A DNA stretch of 64,000 bases from an uncultured Chthonomonadaceae bacterium (GTDB taxonomy: Bacteria; Armatimonadota; Chthonomonadetes; Chthonomonadales; Chthonomonadaceae). The notes beneath the pieces were generated by a model that was not told the origin of the DNA, made no database searches, and saw only the letters and a program-made list of their open reading frames with translations. This document shows, in pieces, positions 29,875 through 39,477 of the stretch; the stretch's first letter is position 1; each line of letters begins with the position of its first letter. The DNA lies in NCBI GenBank assembly GCA_963835065.1, contig CAWIEK010000049.1, positions 224,001 through 288,000 on the forward strand. Reading direction: 5' to 3'. The position numbers were made by a program, and so were the translations under genes.

Positions 29875-31263
29875 TTGCAGTGGGTGAGGAGACACATAGT
29901 TGTGAGCAGAAAGCATTATTTTGTTCTGAAGCGTGTTGGGGCGAAGCCGTTCAAGATTGGCAGACGCTTGCTGCCTGCGCTTGTTGTGGGGCTTGTTGGA
30001 ATTGCAGGATTGAGTCAGGCAGGGGCACAGGAGAAGAAAACGTCCGCCTGGCCGCCTCGCGTATTTCCGATTACCGCCTGGTGCAGCCCGCCGGATGCGT
30101 TTATCAACGTGGAGCAGTACCGCAAAATGGCGGATGTTGGCTTGACTATCGTGATGCCGCCGTTTCAGGGAACGGTGAGCGTGGAGCGCAATCGCAAAAT
30201 TTTGGATACGGCCAAAGCGACGGGATTGAAAGCAATCATTCAAGACCCCCGGATGCCCGCGTCGCTATCAGGCAATCCCAGCGCAAAAGCGACCATAGAT
30301 GCCATTGTGAATGATTACAAGCGATATCCGGCGCTGATGGGGTATTTTCTGGCGGATGAACCGGGCGCGGGAAGTTTTGCGGGGTTAGGCGAAGTAGTCG
30401 CGTACCTCAAGCAGATTGACCCGGAGCATGTGGCATATATCAACTTGTTTCCAAATTATGCGTCCAGCAATCAGCAGGCGGCAAACAGCCAATTGGGAAC
30501 GGATACTTATGATCAGTATTTGGACAAGTTTCTCCAGATCGTGAAGCCCGAAATTCTGAGTTACGACCACTACCATTTTGTGAAAGGCGCGGACCGCCCC
30601 GGCTTTATAGCCAATCTTGCCAGCGCGCAGCGGGCAACGGCTACGGGGTCCGCCTTTGAGCGCCCTACGCCGTTTATGCAAATTGTTTTGAGCGTACAAT
30701 TCGATCCTTATCGTTCGCTAACGGAAAATGAATTGCGCTATGAAGCGATGCAGACGCTGGTGTATGGCGGACAAGGGCTGGCTTATTACACGTACTGGCA
30801 GCCTGATTTTCCGAGTTACGCCAGCAAGGACACGATCATGCTGCGCGATGGAACTCCGGGCACATTATACGAGCCTGTCAAGAAGGTAAACCGCGAGGTT
30901 CAGGAACTGGCGAAGTACCTGTATGGCGCAAGCGTGGTAAAGACGTACCTGACGGGCGAGGGAGCGAATGAAGGCACTCCCCTCGGCAGCGAGGGACCGG
31001 TTCGCATCGAGGGCGCGGGCAATCTGAGCATCGGCTGGTTTCGGGGCGCAAAGGGATACTTGTACGCGCTGTTCACCAATCGAGATTATACAAAAGCGGT
31101 CACAGCCAAAGCAACCCTGCATGTGTCCGATCATCCGACGGAACAACTCAATACGGAAACGGGCAAATGGAAACTGCTGACGCAGCCGCGCACCCGTGAC
31201 GGCGAATTGAGCCTTGACTTGACCTTGCCCCCAGCGGGCGCGGTGTTGATCAGGTGGAAGTAG
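29875..31263 (+). CDS. Secreted hypothetical protein, glycoside-hydrolase-like TIM barrel
   Basis: Signal peptide; GYFLADEP, YINLFP, LSYDHY, G.QGLAYYTYW motifs. Confidence 0.6.
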   Translation: MQWVRRHIVVSRKHYFVLKRVGAKPFKIGRRLLPALVVGLVGIAGLSQAGAQEKKTSAWPPRVFPITAWCSPPDAFINVEQYRKMADVGLTIVMPPFQGTVSVERNRKILDTAKATGLKAIIQDPRMPASLSGNPSAKATIDAIVNDYKRYPALMGYFLADEPGAGSFAGLGEVVAYLKQIDPEHVAYINLFPNYASSNQQAANSQLGTDTYDQYLDKFLQIVKPEILSYDHYHFVKGADRPGFIANLASAQRATATGSAFERPTPFMQIVLSVQFDPYRSLTENELRYEAMQTLVYGGQGLAYYTYWQPDFPSYASKDTIMLRDGTPGTLYEPVKKVNREVQELAKYLYGASVVKTYLTGEGANEGTPLGSEGPVRIEGAGNLSIGWFRGAKGYLYALFTNRDYTKAVTAKATLHVSDHPTEQLNTETGKWKLLTQPRTRDGELSLDLTLPPAGAVLIRWK

Positions 31264-31345
31264 GGTGTCGGGTGTCGGGTGTCGGGTGTTGGAATACGTA
31301 CCTCCAATAGTGAAATTGTGCAAAATTGCTGTCAAGTGCGACACC

Positions 31346-32266
31346 CTATTTCCCAACCATACTGCGCAGGGCGAACATGAGATTGGCGGGGCGTTCGGCC
31401 ATGCGGCGCATCATGTAGGGATACCAGTGGCTGCCGAAGGGCGTGTACACGCGGACGTTGTAGCCGTCGCGGCGCAGTTGTACCTGCGCATCGCGGCGGA
31501 CGCCGTAGAGCATCTGGAACTCGTAGCGGGATGTGGGAATACCGGCAGTTTCCGCGTAGGCTTGCGTGGCCTCGATCATGCGCGGGTCGTGGGTGGCGAT
31601 GCCGGGATAGTTGCCGTCCTTGAGCAGGCGCTGCATCAGGCGGATGTAGTTGTTGTCCACGTCCTCTTTGTTTTGGAAGGCGACGGTAGGCGGTTCCTGA
31701 TACGCGCCCTTGCACAGGCGAACGCGAACGCCCGAAGCAATCAGTTTTTCTATGTCGTCAGCGCTGCGGTGCAGATAGGATTGGATGACGACGCCTACGT
31801 TTTTATGCGGTTCCGGGCCGTCCCATAGTTTATAGAACAGGTCGAGGGTGCGTTGCGTGTAGTCGGAGCCTTCCATGTCAATGCGAACAAATTGATCCGG
31901 CCCGGCGGCGTTGAGCAGGCGGGTCATGTTGCGGAGGCATAAATCGGGGTTGATGTCCAGTCCGACAGATGTAAGTTTGATGCTCACGTTGGCATCAAGT
32001 TGTTCCCGGCGGATGTGCTGGAACAGGCGCAGGTAGGTGTCCATTACGACGGCGACTTCCTGCTCGGTTGTGACGCTTTCGCCTAAGAAGTCAAGCGAAG
32101 CGGTTAAGCCCAAACGGTTGAGGATGCGTACCGGGTCGGTTGTCTGCTCGATGGTTTCACCGGCAATAAAGCGTTTTGCCATCCCGGCGGCCTGCGAATT
32201 GTGACGGGCAAAGGATTCGATAGATTTGTTGTTCGCCATTTGCAGCAGAACCGAACGGGCAAGCAT
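31346..32266 (-). CDS. Monofunctional proline dehydrogenase
   Basis: RFIAGE, LDFLGE, VSIKLT, VRIDME, VRLCKGAY, IATHD, EFQMLYG, YMMRRMAERPAN; GGAGG SD. Confidence 0.94.
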   Translation of the reverse strand: MLARSVLLQMANNKSIESFARHNSQAAGMAKRFIAGETIEQTTDPVRILNRLGLTASLDFLGESVTTEQEVAVVMDTYLRLFQHIRREQLDANVSIKLTSVGLDINPDLCLRNMTRLLNAAGPDQFVRIDMEGSDYTQRTLDLFYKLWDGPEPHKNVGVVIQSYLHRSADDIEKLIASGVRVRLCKGAYQEPPTVAFQNKEDVDNNYIRLMQRLLKDGNYPGIATHDPRMIEATQAYAETAGIPTSRYEFQMLYGVRRDAQVQLRRDGYNVRVYTPFGSHWYPYMMRRMAERPANLMFALRSMVGK

Positions 32267-32389
32267 AAGTATCCTCCAACAATGCGTTACTGAACGCGCC
32301 TGACAAGCAGGCTGTTTGCGCGGGCGAGTTTCAACGCGGCACTGATTATTGGTACGCAATTCGGGGTTCACAGGTTGCCGAGCGTAAGG

Positions 32390-33491
32390 ATGAAAACAGT
32401 GAATTCAATTTATGATTTGGATACGCCGACCCTGCTGGTTGATCTGGATCGGCTGGAAGCGAACATCGGGGATATGGCGCGGGCGGCGCAAAGGGGCGGC
32501 AAGAATTTGCGTCCGCATACGAAAACGCATAAGACGCCGGAAATTGCGCGGATGCAATTGAAAGCGGGGGCGCGGGGAATCACGACGGCGAAACTGGGCG
32601 AGGCGGAAGTTTATGTGGCAGCGGGTTTTGAGGACATTTTTATTGCCAATGAGATTGTCGGCGCATTGAAATATGCGCGGTTGGCTGCGTTGCTGCGGCG
32701 GGCGCGGATTGTGGCGGCAACGGATAGTTTGGACGTGGCGCGGCCTTTAGCGCCAGGCGATGCAGGCGGCGGGGGTAACGCTGCCCATGCGAATTGAAAT
32801 AGATTCGGGACATGGCCGGGCGGGTGTGGCAGCGATGGAGGAAGCCTGCGAACTGGCGCGTTTCATTGCGGATGCGCCCGGACTGGAGTTACAGGGGATA
32901 TTTACGCACGAGGGGCAGGTATACGGCGCAGTCAATGACGAGGAGCGGGGCAGGCTTGCGCAAAAGGCGGCGGCGCGGATGCGGGAAGTGGCGGAAGCGT
33001 TGCGGGCGCAGGGAACGCCGGTTGTGGACATAAGTATGGGGTCTACGCCGGGAGCCATTTTCCTGCCGGATGAAGCGGGTGTTACAGAGATGCGTCCGGG
33101 CGTATATGTCTTTAATGACCGGATGCAGGTAAGTTATGGGGCGCAAAAGGAGAAATGTGCGCTGACGGTGTTGGCAACGGTAGTCAGCGTTCGGGCGGGT
33201 GGGAGGCTGGTGCTTGACGCGGGCAGCAAATCGCTGGCGAGTGACCGCCCGTTTGCAGACGGCACGTTCGGGGAAGTGTTGGAACATCCTGAATTAACGT
33301 TTACGGGCGCAAGCGAGGAGCATGGGCAGGTGACGAGTACCGGCGAATGCAATTTGAAAGTAGGAGATAAGGTGCGGATTGTGCCGAACCATGCCTGTAC
33401 CTGCGTCAACATGCACGATACGCTGACCGCCTTTCGAGGAGAACAGGTGGAAGCGGTCTGGAATGTCGCGGCGCGGGGCAAAGTACGGTAA
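32390..33491 (+). CDS. D-threonine aldolase / DSD1-family PLP enzyme (frameshift near 32750)
   Basis: LDTPTL, LRPHTKTHK, EMRPGVYVFND, LDAGSK, SEEHG, PNHAC. Confidence 0.9.
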
Positions 33492-33674
33492 ATTGAAGTT
33501 AGCCGCAAATACACGCGAATGGACGCAAATAGTTTAACCGTGTGAATGTGAGTGGAACATTGTGCATAGCAATCTGCATAGAAGGCTAACACGCAACTTT
33601 TAGAAGCGCTGGACTGTCGTTGAACGATACAAGGCAGTTATGTTCATGTTGTTTTCCATTTTGATTGAGGAGAG

Positions 33675-35448
33675 ATGTGGGTTATGAAGGCGTCCCAATT
33701 GTTTATGCCGACCCTGCGCGACGTTCCCAAAGACGCGGAACTGAAAAGCCATCAGCTGTTGCTGCGGGGCGGGTTTGTGCGGAATGTGGCGGCAGGCGTG
33801 TACTCGTACCTGCCGCTTGGCTGGCGGGTGCATGAAAAGATCGCGCAAATCGTGCGAGAAGAGGTAAATGCGTTCGGCGGGCAGGAGATACACATGCCCG
33901 TGCTGGTTCCCAAAGAACTGCTGGATGAAACGGGGCGGTCTGCCGTGCCCGTTTTGTTTGCCTTGAAGGACAAGAACAAGCGCGACTTCTTTCTTGGGCT
34001 TCACGCATGAGGAAGTGGTCACGGACATTGCGCGGGGCACGGTCAGTTCGTGGAAACACATGCCGCTTTACCTGTACCAGATACAGACAAAGGAGCGGGA
34101 CGAACCCCGTCCACGCGGCGGGCTGATTCGTGGCCGCGAGTTCACGATGTTCGACGGCTATTCTTTCGACAGCAGCGACGAGAACCTGAGCGTGATTTAC
34201 CGCGCCAATTACCGCGCTTATGAGCGTATTTTTCAGCGCTGCGGGCTGGAGTATCTGGCGGTGGAAGCCGATCCCGGCGCGATTGGCGGCAGCGAAAACC
34301 ACGAGTTCATGGTGCTGACGGAAAGCGGCGAAGACACGGTTCTGCGCTGCGATACCTGCACGTATGCGGCCAACGCGGAACGGGCGGAAGTTCCCGCAAA
34401 TGATGAACGCGGAGTGATGAATGATGAGCAGGATGCTAATTCATCACTCATCACTCATCACTCATCACTAGTCTCAACGCCGGGAGCGCATACGGTGGAG
34501 CAGGTGGCGGCGTTTTTGAAGGTGGATGTGACGGAAATACTGAAGACCATTATTGCGCTTGCGGATGGGAAGCCGGTGGCGGCGCTGGTGCGGGGGGATC
34601 GAGAACTGAACCTGCCCAAGTTCGCGCGGTTTGTAGGCGCGAAAGAGGTGGTGCTGGCGGACGCGGCGACGGTGATGCGGGTGACGGGCGCTCCGGTCGG
34701 GTTTGCGGGGCCGGTGGGACTGGCGGAAGCGGTTCCGATTTACGCGGATAATGAGATCGCCGAGGGAACCGGCTACGTGGTGGGCGCGAATGAGGCGGAC
34801 GCGCACCGAACGGGAGTGGTGTTGGGACAGGATTTCACCCCTGCGGCGCGTGGGGATATTCGCACGGCGGTTGCGGGAGATCTGTGCCCGCGCTGCGACA
34901 CGGGCCATCTCACGGATGCGCGCGGAATCGAAGTCGGTCATATCTTCAAGTTGGGCACAAAGTACAGCAAGGATATGAACGCCCTTTACCAAAACGAAGC
35001 GGGAGAAAAGCATCCGATCATCATGGGCTGTTACGGTTTGGGCGTCAGCCGGACGATGGCGGCGGCAATCGAAGCGCACAATGATGAAAACGGCATGGTA
35101 TGGCCGATCAACATTGCCCCGTTTGAAGTAGCGATTGTGGTCGCCAACATCAAGGATGAACTGCAAATCAACGCGGCGCGGGAGTTGTATGGCAGCCTGA
35201 AAGCGCAGGGCGTGGATGCGTTGCTGGATGACCGCGAGGAACGGGTTGGCGTGAAGTTCAAGGACATGGACCTGATTGGCGTCCCGATTCAGGTTGTGGT
35301 AGGCAAGGGGTTGGCAGAGGGAAATGTCGAGGTCGGTTTGCGGCGAAGCAAGGAAGCGCGGGCCATCGTGCCGGCTGTAAGCGCGGCAACCTACATCGTG
35401 AATCTGGTCGGGGAAGAAAAGGCGCGACTGCGCCCTGCCGACGCCTGA
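33675..35448 (+). CDS. proS: Proline--tRNA ligase (frameshift near 34000)
   Basis: [72 protein letters not shown]. Confidence 0.97.
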
Positions 35449-35572
35449 GCCGGGTATTAAGAACCTATTCCAACAGGCGCGGCAGTTGCGTCCTGCGGAC
35501 GCAAATCTGTAAGAAGATTCTCGCGTCCGTAGGACGCTTGCACTTTCCTGCCGGGGATTTTCAATCCCCGGC
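35448..35572. repeat. REP/BIME-like palindromic element, copy 2
   Basis: GCGTCC-GTA-GGACGC and GCCGGGGATTTTCAATCCCCGGC units shared with 13793-13936. Confidence 0.8.
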
Positions 35573-35634
35573 CAGTATTTCACAGCAAGCGTTTTCATTA
35601 CCTGCCGGGTGCTGTGGGTAAGATTCATGCCCAC

Positions 35635-35754
35635 GTATATTAATGTTAAGGAAGAGCGGGCCGCGTTGCGGCCCGCAATTTTTTCAGGGGCGTACGCCCC
35701 TGAAAAAATTGCGCTTTAGGAGCATCATTCTGTCAACTATACATTATCGGACGT
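35635..35754. repeat. Double-hairpin element with XerC/dif-like arm, copy 1
   Basis: 9-bp hairpin 35656-35676, perfect 40-bp palindrome 35674-35713, TACATTATCGGACGT at 35740-35754. Confidence 0.65.
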
Positions 35755-35817
35755 ATCTCTGAGCGATTTTAGCGTTTACTTACTCAAGAAGGAAGGCTCA
35801 AGAAGGAAAGAAGGAAA

Positions 35818-35959
35818 GGAGGTGTAACAAAATGCCTGTCTATATCCGCCCGCCCTGACGCTGCTGAGGTCACGACGCCTCACCCCTACAATCTGACACA
35901 ACGAGACCTCGTGCTGGAAGCGCTGTATTGCCAAGATTTCGACGATCTCTCTACATACT
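35818..35959 (+). ncRNA. Unknown repeated element copy 2: SD + micro-ORF MPVYIRPP* (35832-35858) + conserved structured segment
   Basis: 91% identity to 12583-12696; same SD / 8-codon / UGA register. Confidence 0.5.
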
Positions 35960-36027
35960 TTTTCTCTACATACCCTTTCCCAACACTACCAGGACTTCCG
36001 CTTGGCACAGGTCAAGTTTCGATGCTG

Positions 36028-37944
36028 TTACTGAGCGAAATTCACTTTGTAGACGTCGGCGTCTTCATTCGAGTGTACCAATTCGAGATAGGGGGGAACG
36101 GAAATTGGATCACTCAGTACGGGATGAAAGGGAAAGTTGGTATCCTGTGTCAGATGCTTTTGCGAAAAAACCACGTATTGAACGCGCATTTCTTTAAGCA
36201 GTTGGGCGCGGATTTCATCGGGAACCGCGGGGTTTGTGATACGAATCAACTTTTGGAGTTTGTCCCCATAGTCGGGTGTTTCGCCCCAGTGCCCGCAATA
36301 CACGCTGCGATGGATCAGGCCGGGCGTGAAACAGGCGAGCGTCATGTCTGCCGGAGCCAAACGGTGTTCGCCGATGCGCAGTACCCAGGGCAGGGGCTGA
36401 ATGGCGGTTCCGGCAGGCGTGTTGGTTTCTATCCAGCGAAGCGCTTCCAGTTCGCCGGGATTTAGGTAGGGACGTTGCCCGGACTGCGCGCGATTGTTCT
36501 GGTAGTTGGTGAGTTCGCGGACGACGAAACGCGCGTTTGTCAGAGCCAGCACGAGGAGGATAATGCCTGCTACAAGATTGACGCTGCGAATTTGACGGCG
36601 GAAAGCGGGATGAGTCAGGAGGCAGGCCAGCCCACAGCCTGCAAGAATGGCGATAGGGAAATGCGCTCCTTGCAGCATTTTTCTTTGAAAGGGAAATTTG
36701 GATACGGGCAGGTAAGAAACTAGAATGTTGATTACAGCCCACACAGCCAGCAGGCGCAATGCGGCTTTGCTAAGGGCAGGGGGATTTTTCGCATCAGATG
36801 AGATTGTAGCAGGTGAGGGTGTGGCGGGCGTGGCTGTTTCTTCAATGGCGTGAATTTGATTGTGTATTTTGGCTTGCTTCAGGGCTTGATAAACTCCGTA
36901 AATAGCCAGTGCCAGCGTCAAACCGTAGCCCATGATAACCCACAGTGGCAATGCGGAAGCGGTAACGACATTGGCGCGTTTGAGGAAGGTGGCTTCGGTT
37001 TGCAGTTGGTAGTAGATATAGGCGACAGCCGGGGCGGTACAAACTCCGGCGACCAACGCTTGCAGCAAGGTTCGCATTGCAGGGTTCGTTCTGATGGCCG
37101 CTTCCCCGGCAACATTGTCGGCGCTAATTTTAGCGCTTTGAAGATTTGACAGTAATGAACAGCAAAGATAGACGATCCAGACGGCTCCGACGCTGAGAAC
37201 ATCGTAGGTATGAGTCAGCCCCAGGACAAAGCCGCACAAGCCCGCGCCAACGGCATAGCGCATCCGTCCGGTTTGTTCGCCTTTGAACAGCAACAGCAGC
37301 GCGCCAATCTGGAGGGCCAGGGAAAAACAAAACAGGGGACTGAGAAGCAGCGACAGAAAGGTAATCGCTTCCGGCTGCCAGAAGTCAATGGGACCGGCGG
37401 GAGTGCCGGAAGTGGGAAACGCTTCCCAGGGCAACGGCAGCCAGCCCAATCCAGATGCAAAGCAGACGCAAAGCAATGCCCAACGCCGAACGGAGGGCTG
37501 CGAGATCGTTGTTCGCAGAAATTCCCAAACTACCATAATCAAGATGACGCCAAAGCCCAAACGAGCAAGGTGATACACGGCAAGAAGCGGCAAATGGGTA
37601 AGACGCGCTATCCAGCCAAGCGCGAGAAAGAGGGGGTTGAGCAGCGTTCCTGATTGCGCATCGGTGGTGAAAAGGTTGAGCGCGCGGAAGGAACCGCCTG
37701 CCGCCTGCCGCATCCAGGACAGATACACGCAACTGTCATCAAGATTGTAGCCGAGCCACATGAACTGCCTGCCCTGCGCCCCCATCCAGCCGATGAGATA
37801 GGGAACCAGCGTCAGCAGCATGGTAAGCAACGCTACCCACAATGCCCAACGGCGTTCCCTGCTGTCGGTGTTCAGGTGTTTGGTGTTCGGGTATTCGGGG
37901 GGAGAGGAGTTGGGCGTTTCCCTGCTTTGCGTTGTATCGGTCAC
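36028..37944 (-). CDS. Polytopic membrane protein, probable GT-C fold glycosyltransferase
   Basis: More than 10 TM segments; luminal NLDD..VY.SWMRQ loop; C-terminal AL.WI..NTP...VYCGHW.ET domain. Confidence 0.6.
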   Translation of the reverse strand: MTDTTQSRETPNSSPPEYPNTKHLNTDSRERRWALWVALLTMLLTLVPYLIGWMGAQGRQFMWLGYNLDDSCVYLSWMRQAAGGSFRALNLFTTDAQSGTLLNPLFLALGWIARLTHLPLLAVYHLARLGFGVILIMVVWEFLRTTISQPSVRRWALLCVCFASGLGWLPLPWEAFPTSGTPAGPIDFWQPEAITFLSLLLSPLFCFSLALQIGALLLLFKGEQTGRMRYAVGAGLCGFVLGLTHTYDVLSVGAVWIVYLCCSLLSNLQSAKISADNVAGEAAIRTNPAMRTLLQALVAGVCTAPAVAYIYYQLQTEATFLKRANVVTASALPLWVIMGYGLTLALAIYGVYQALKQAKIHNQIHAIEETATPATPSPATISSDAKNPPALSKAALRLLAVWAVINILVSYLPVSKFPFQRKMLQGAHFPIAILAGCGLACLLTHPAFRRQIRSVNLVAGIILLVLALTNARFVVRELTNYQNNRAQSGQRPYLNPGELEALRWIETNTPAGTAIQPLPWVLRIGEHRLAPADMTLACFTPGLIHRSVYCGHWGETPDYGDKLQKLIRITNPAVPDEIRAQLLKEMRVQYVVFSQKHLTQDTNFPFHPVLSDPISVPPYLELVHSNEDADVYKVNFAQ

Positions 37945-39083
37945 GAAGGCTGTTTCTCCTGCGCATGTTTGGAAGCGGCAACCAGCGCTCTAGATAAGGA
38001 CGCAAGGCTTTCAATTTCGGATTTGCCGCTTAAGACACCGATTTCAAGGTCGTAATGACGCTGTTCGCCGGGTTCAAGGGACTGGAGCGTACCCGCTTCG
38101 CGTTCCGCCGCGCGGCCCATGACGAGGCAGTTGGCAGGCTCCATTCCCACCACGTAAGTTCCCGCATCCATCATTTTCCACTCAATAAAGCGAGGCAGTT
38201 GGGCAGGTTGGTAGGTGCAGTAAACGCCAAATCCCGGCCCATCACTGCCACCGCTGTCGGCTATGGCATCTGCGATGGCTGCCGTTACCTGGCCGTTGGA
38301 ATTGGCGGCGAACTCGTGGAAGTACACTTGTTCCCGAAAGCCTGCCTGGGGTGGTTGAAAGCCGGCAAAATGGTCTTTGCCTTCCTCCGCATCGGCGTCG
38401 CGCGGCGTGGCGGAAAGGGTAGGGGCAATCAGGCGGGCGGCATCGTTGACAGCGGGAAAGCCGATGTTGATGTGATACAGCATCATGTGTTCGGTTCGTT
38501 TTGCGCCCATGTTTTCTACCGTATCGCGCAGGAACAGGCGCTTTTCACCGAGTCGGGCCGTTATTGTGCGCGTAAGCTGCAAGTTTGCGCCGAACACAGT
38601 GGCTTCGCGCATTTTACCGGAAATGGTGAGCAGGTAATCGTCTCCTTCCCAATGGCCGTCCCAGGCGACATTGGTAGCGGGAATGTTGCTGATACGCCCG
38701 TGCAGGCCATACTGCTGCCCCTGATCTTCGCCGTTGGCTCCGGCGTATGTCAGGCCGCAAGTGACGACAAGGCCACCATAAAATCCGCGCAGCCAGCCGC
38801 GCCCACCTTCGCCTTCGTGATCGAAATACGCGGGGTGCGTGTCCGTTGTTGCCGACCTCCAGGCAAGGGAGCGTCCATTGTAGTGGGCGGAAGAAATATC
38901 CAGGCCGCGAGAAGCCAGAACCGTAAAGTCCAACCCGCCGCCCGTAGAAACATCCAGAGCGAAAACGCCGTCTTCCAGCCCTTCCACAAGCCGGTAGGGT
39001 TTGATGCGGGCGATCTGGCTGATGTCGCCCACTCTGGCGAGAAGTTCCGAACGCGAGAAAGAGCGCCCGTAAAGTAGTGCCAT
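37941..39083 (-). CDS. Aldose 1-epimerase family protein (DUF4432-like)
   Basis: RGLDI, GGLVVTCGL, GLHGRISN, MMLYHINIGFP, YVVGMEPAN. Confidence 0.85.
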   Translation of the reverse strand: MALLYGRSFSRSELLARVGDISQIARIKPYRLVEGLEDGVFALDVSTGGGLDFTVLASRGLDISSAHYNGRSLAWRSATTDTHPAYFDHEGEGGRGWLRGFYGGLVVTCGLTYAGANGEDQGQQYGLHGRISNIPATNVAWDGHWEGDDYLLTISGKMREATVFGANLQLTRTITARLGEKRLFLRDTVENMGAKRTEHMMLYHINIGFPAVNDAARLIAPTLSATPRDADAEEGKDHFAGFQPPQAGFREQVYFHEFAANSNGQVTAAIADAIADSGGSDGPGFGVYCTYQPAQLPRFIEWKMMDAGTYVVGMEPANCLVMGRAAEREAGTLQSLEPGEQRHYDLEIGVLSGKSEIESLASLSRALVAASKHAQEKQPS

Positions 39084-39477
39084 GAAAACTCCTGTTTAAG
39101 CAGTTGATAGTTGATAGTTCGTAGTTGATAGAGATTCGATTTCTGCAAACTATCAGCGCCTCGCTGCTTCGTAAAAATGGTTTGAGTATTATGGATGTTG
39201 GGCATACGCTGGTTATATTCCTTCCTGTGTTCTTGGAAGCAGCCTCCAATTGTGTCACATAAGCATGGGAAAAGCGTTGGGTGAGGAGGACGAAAGAATG
39301 TATTCACGCGGGAATGACCGTACAAGCAGTGATTAGGGAACCGGGCGGGGCGGTATTTCGTCCTATTGGCGATGTATTCCGCCAACGGTTAGCAGTTACA
39401 AAGCGGCAAGCACAGGACACAATGCCCTGTGAGAGTAGGTCTGCTTGTTGGACAGGCAGGTTTGCGGAGAGAGAACC

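Noticed and set aside
33960..34020. Programmed frameshifting in proS, moaA, ligase and others
   Set aside because: No shared slippery motif; scattered single indels in many unrelated genes fit sequencing error.
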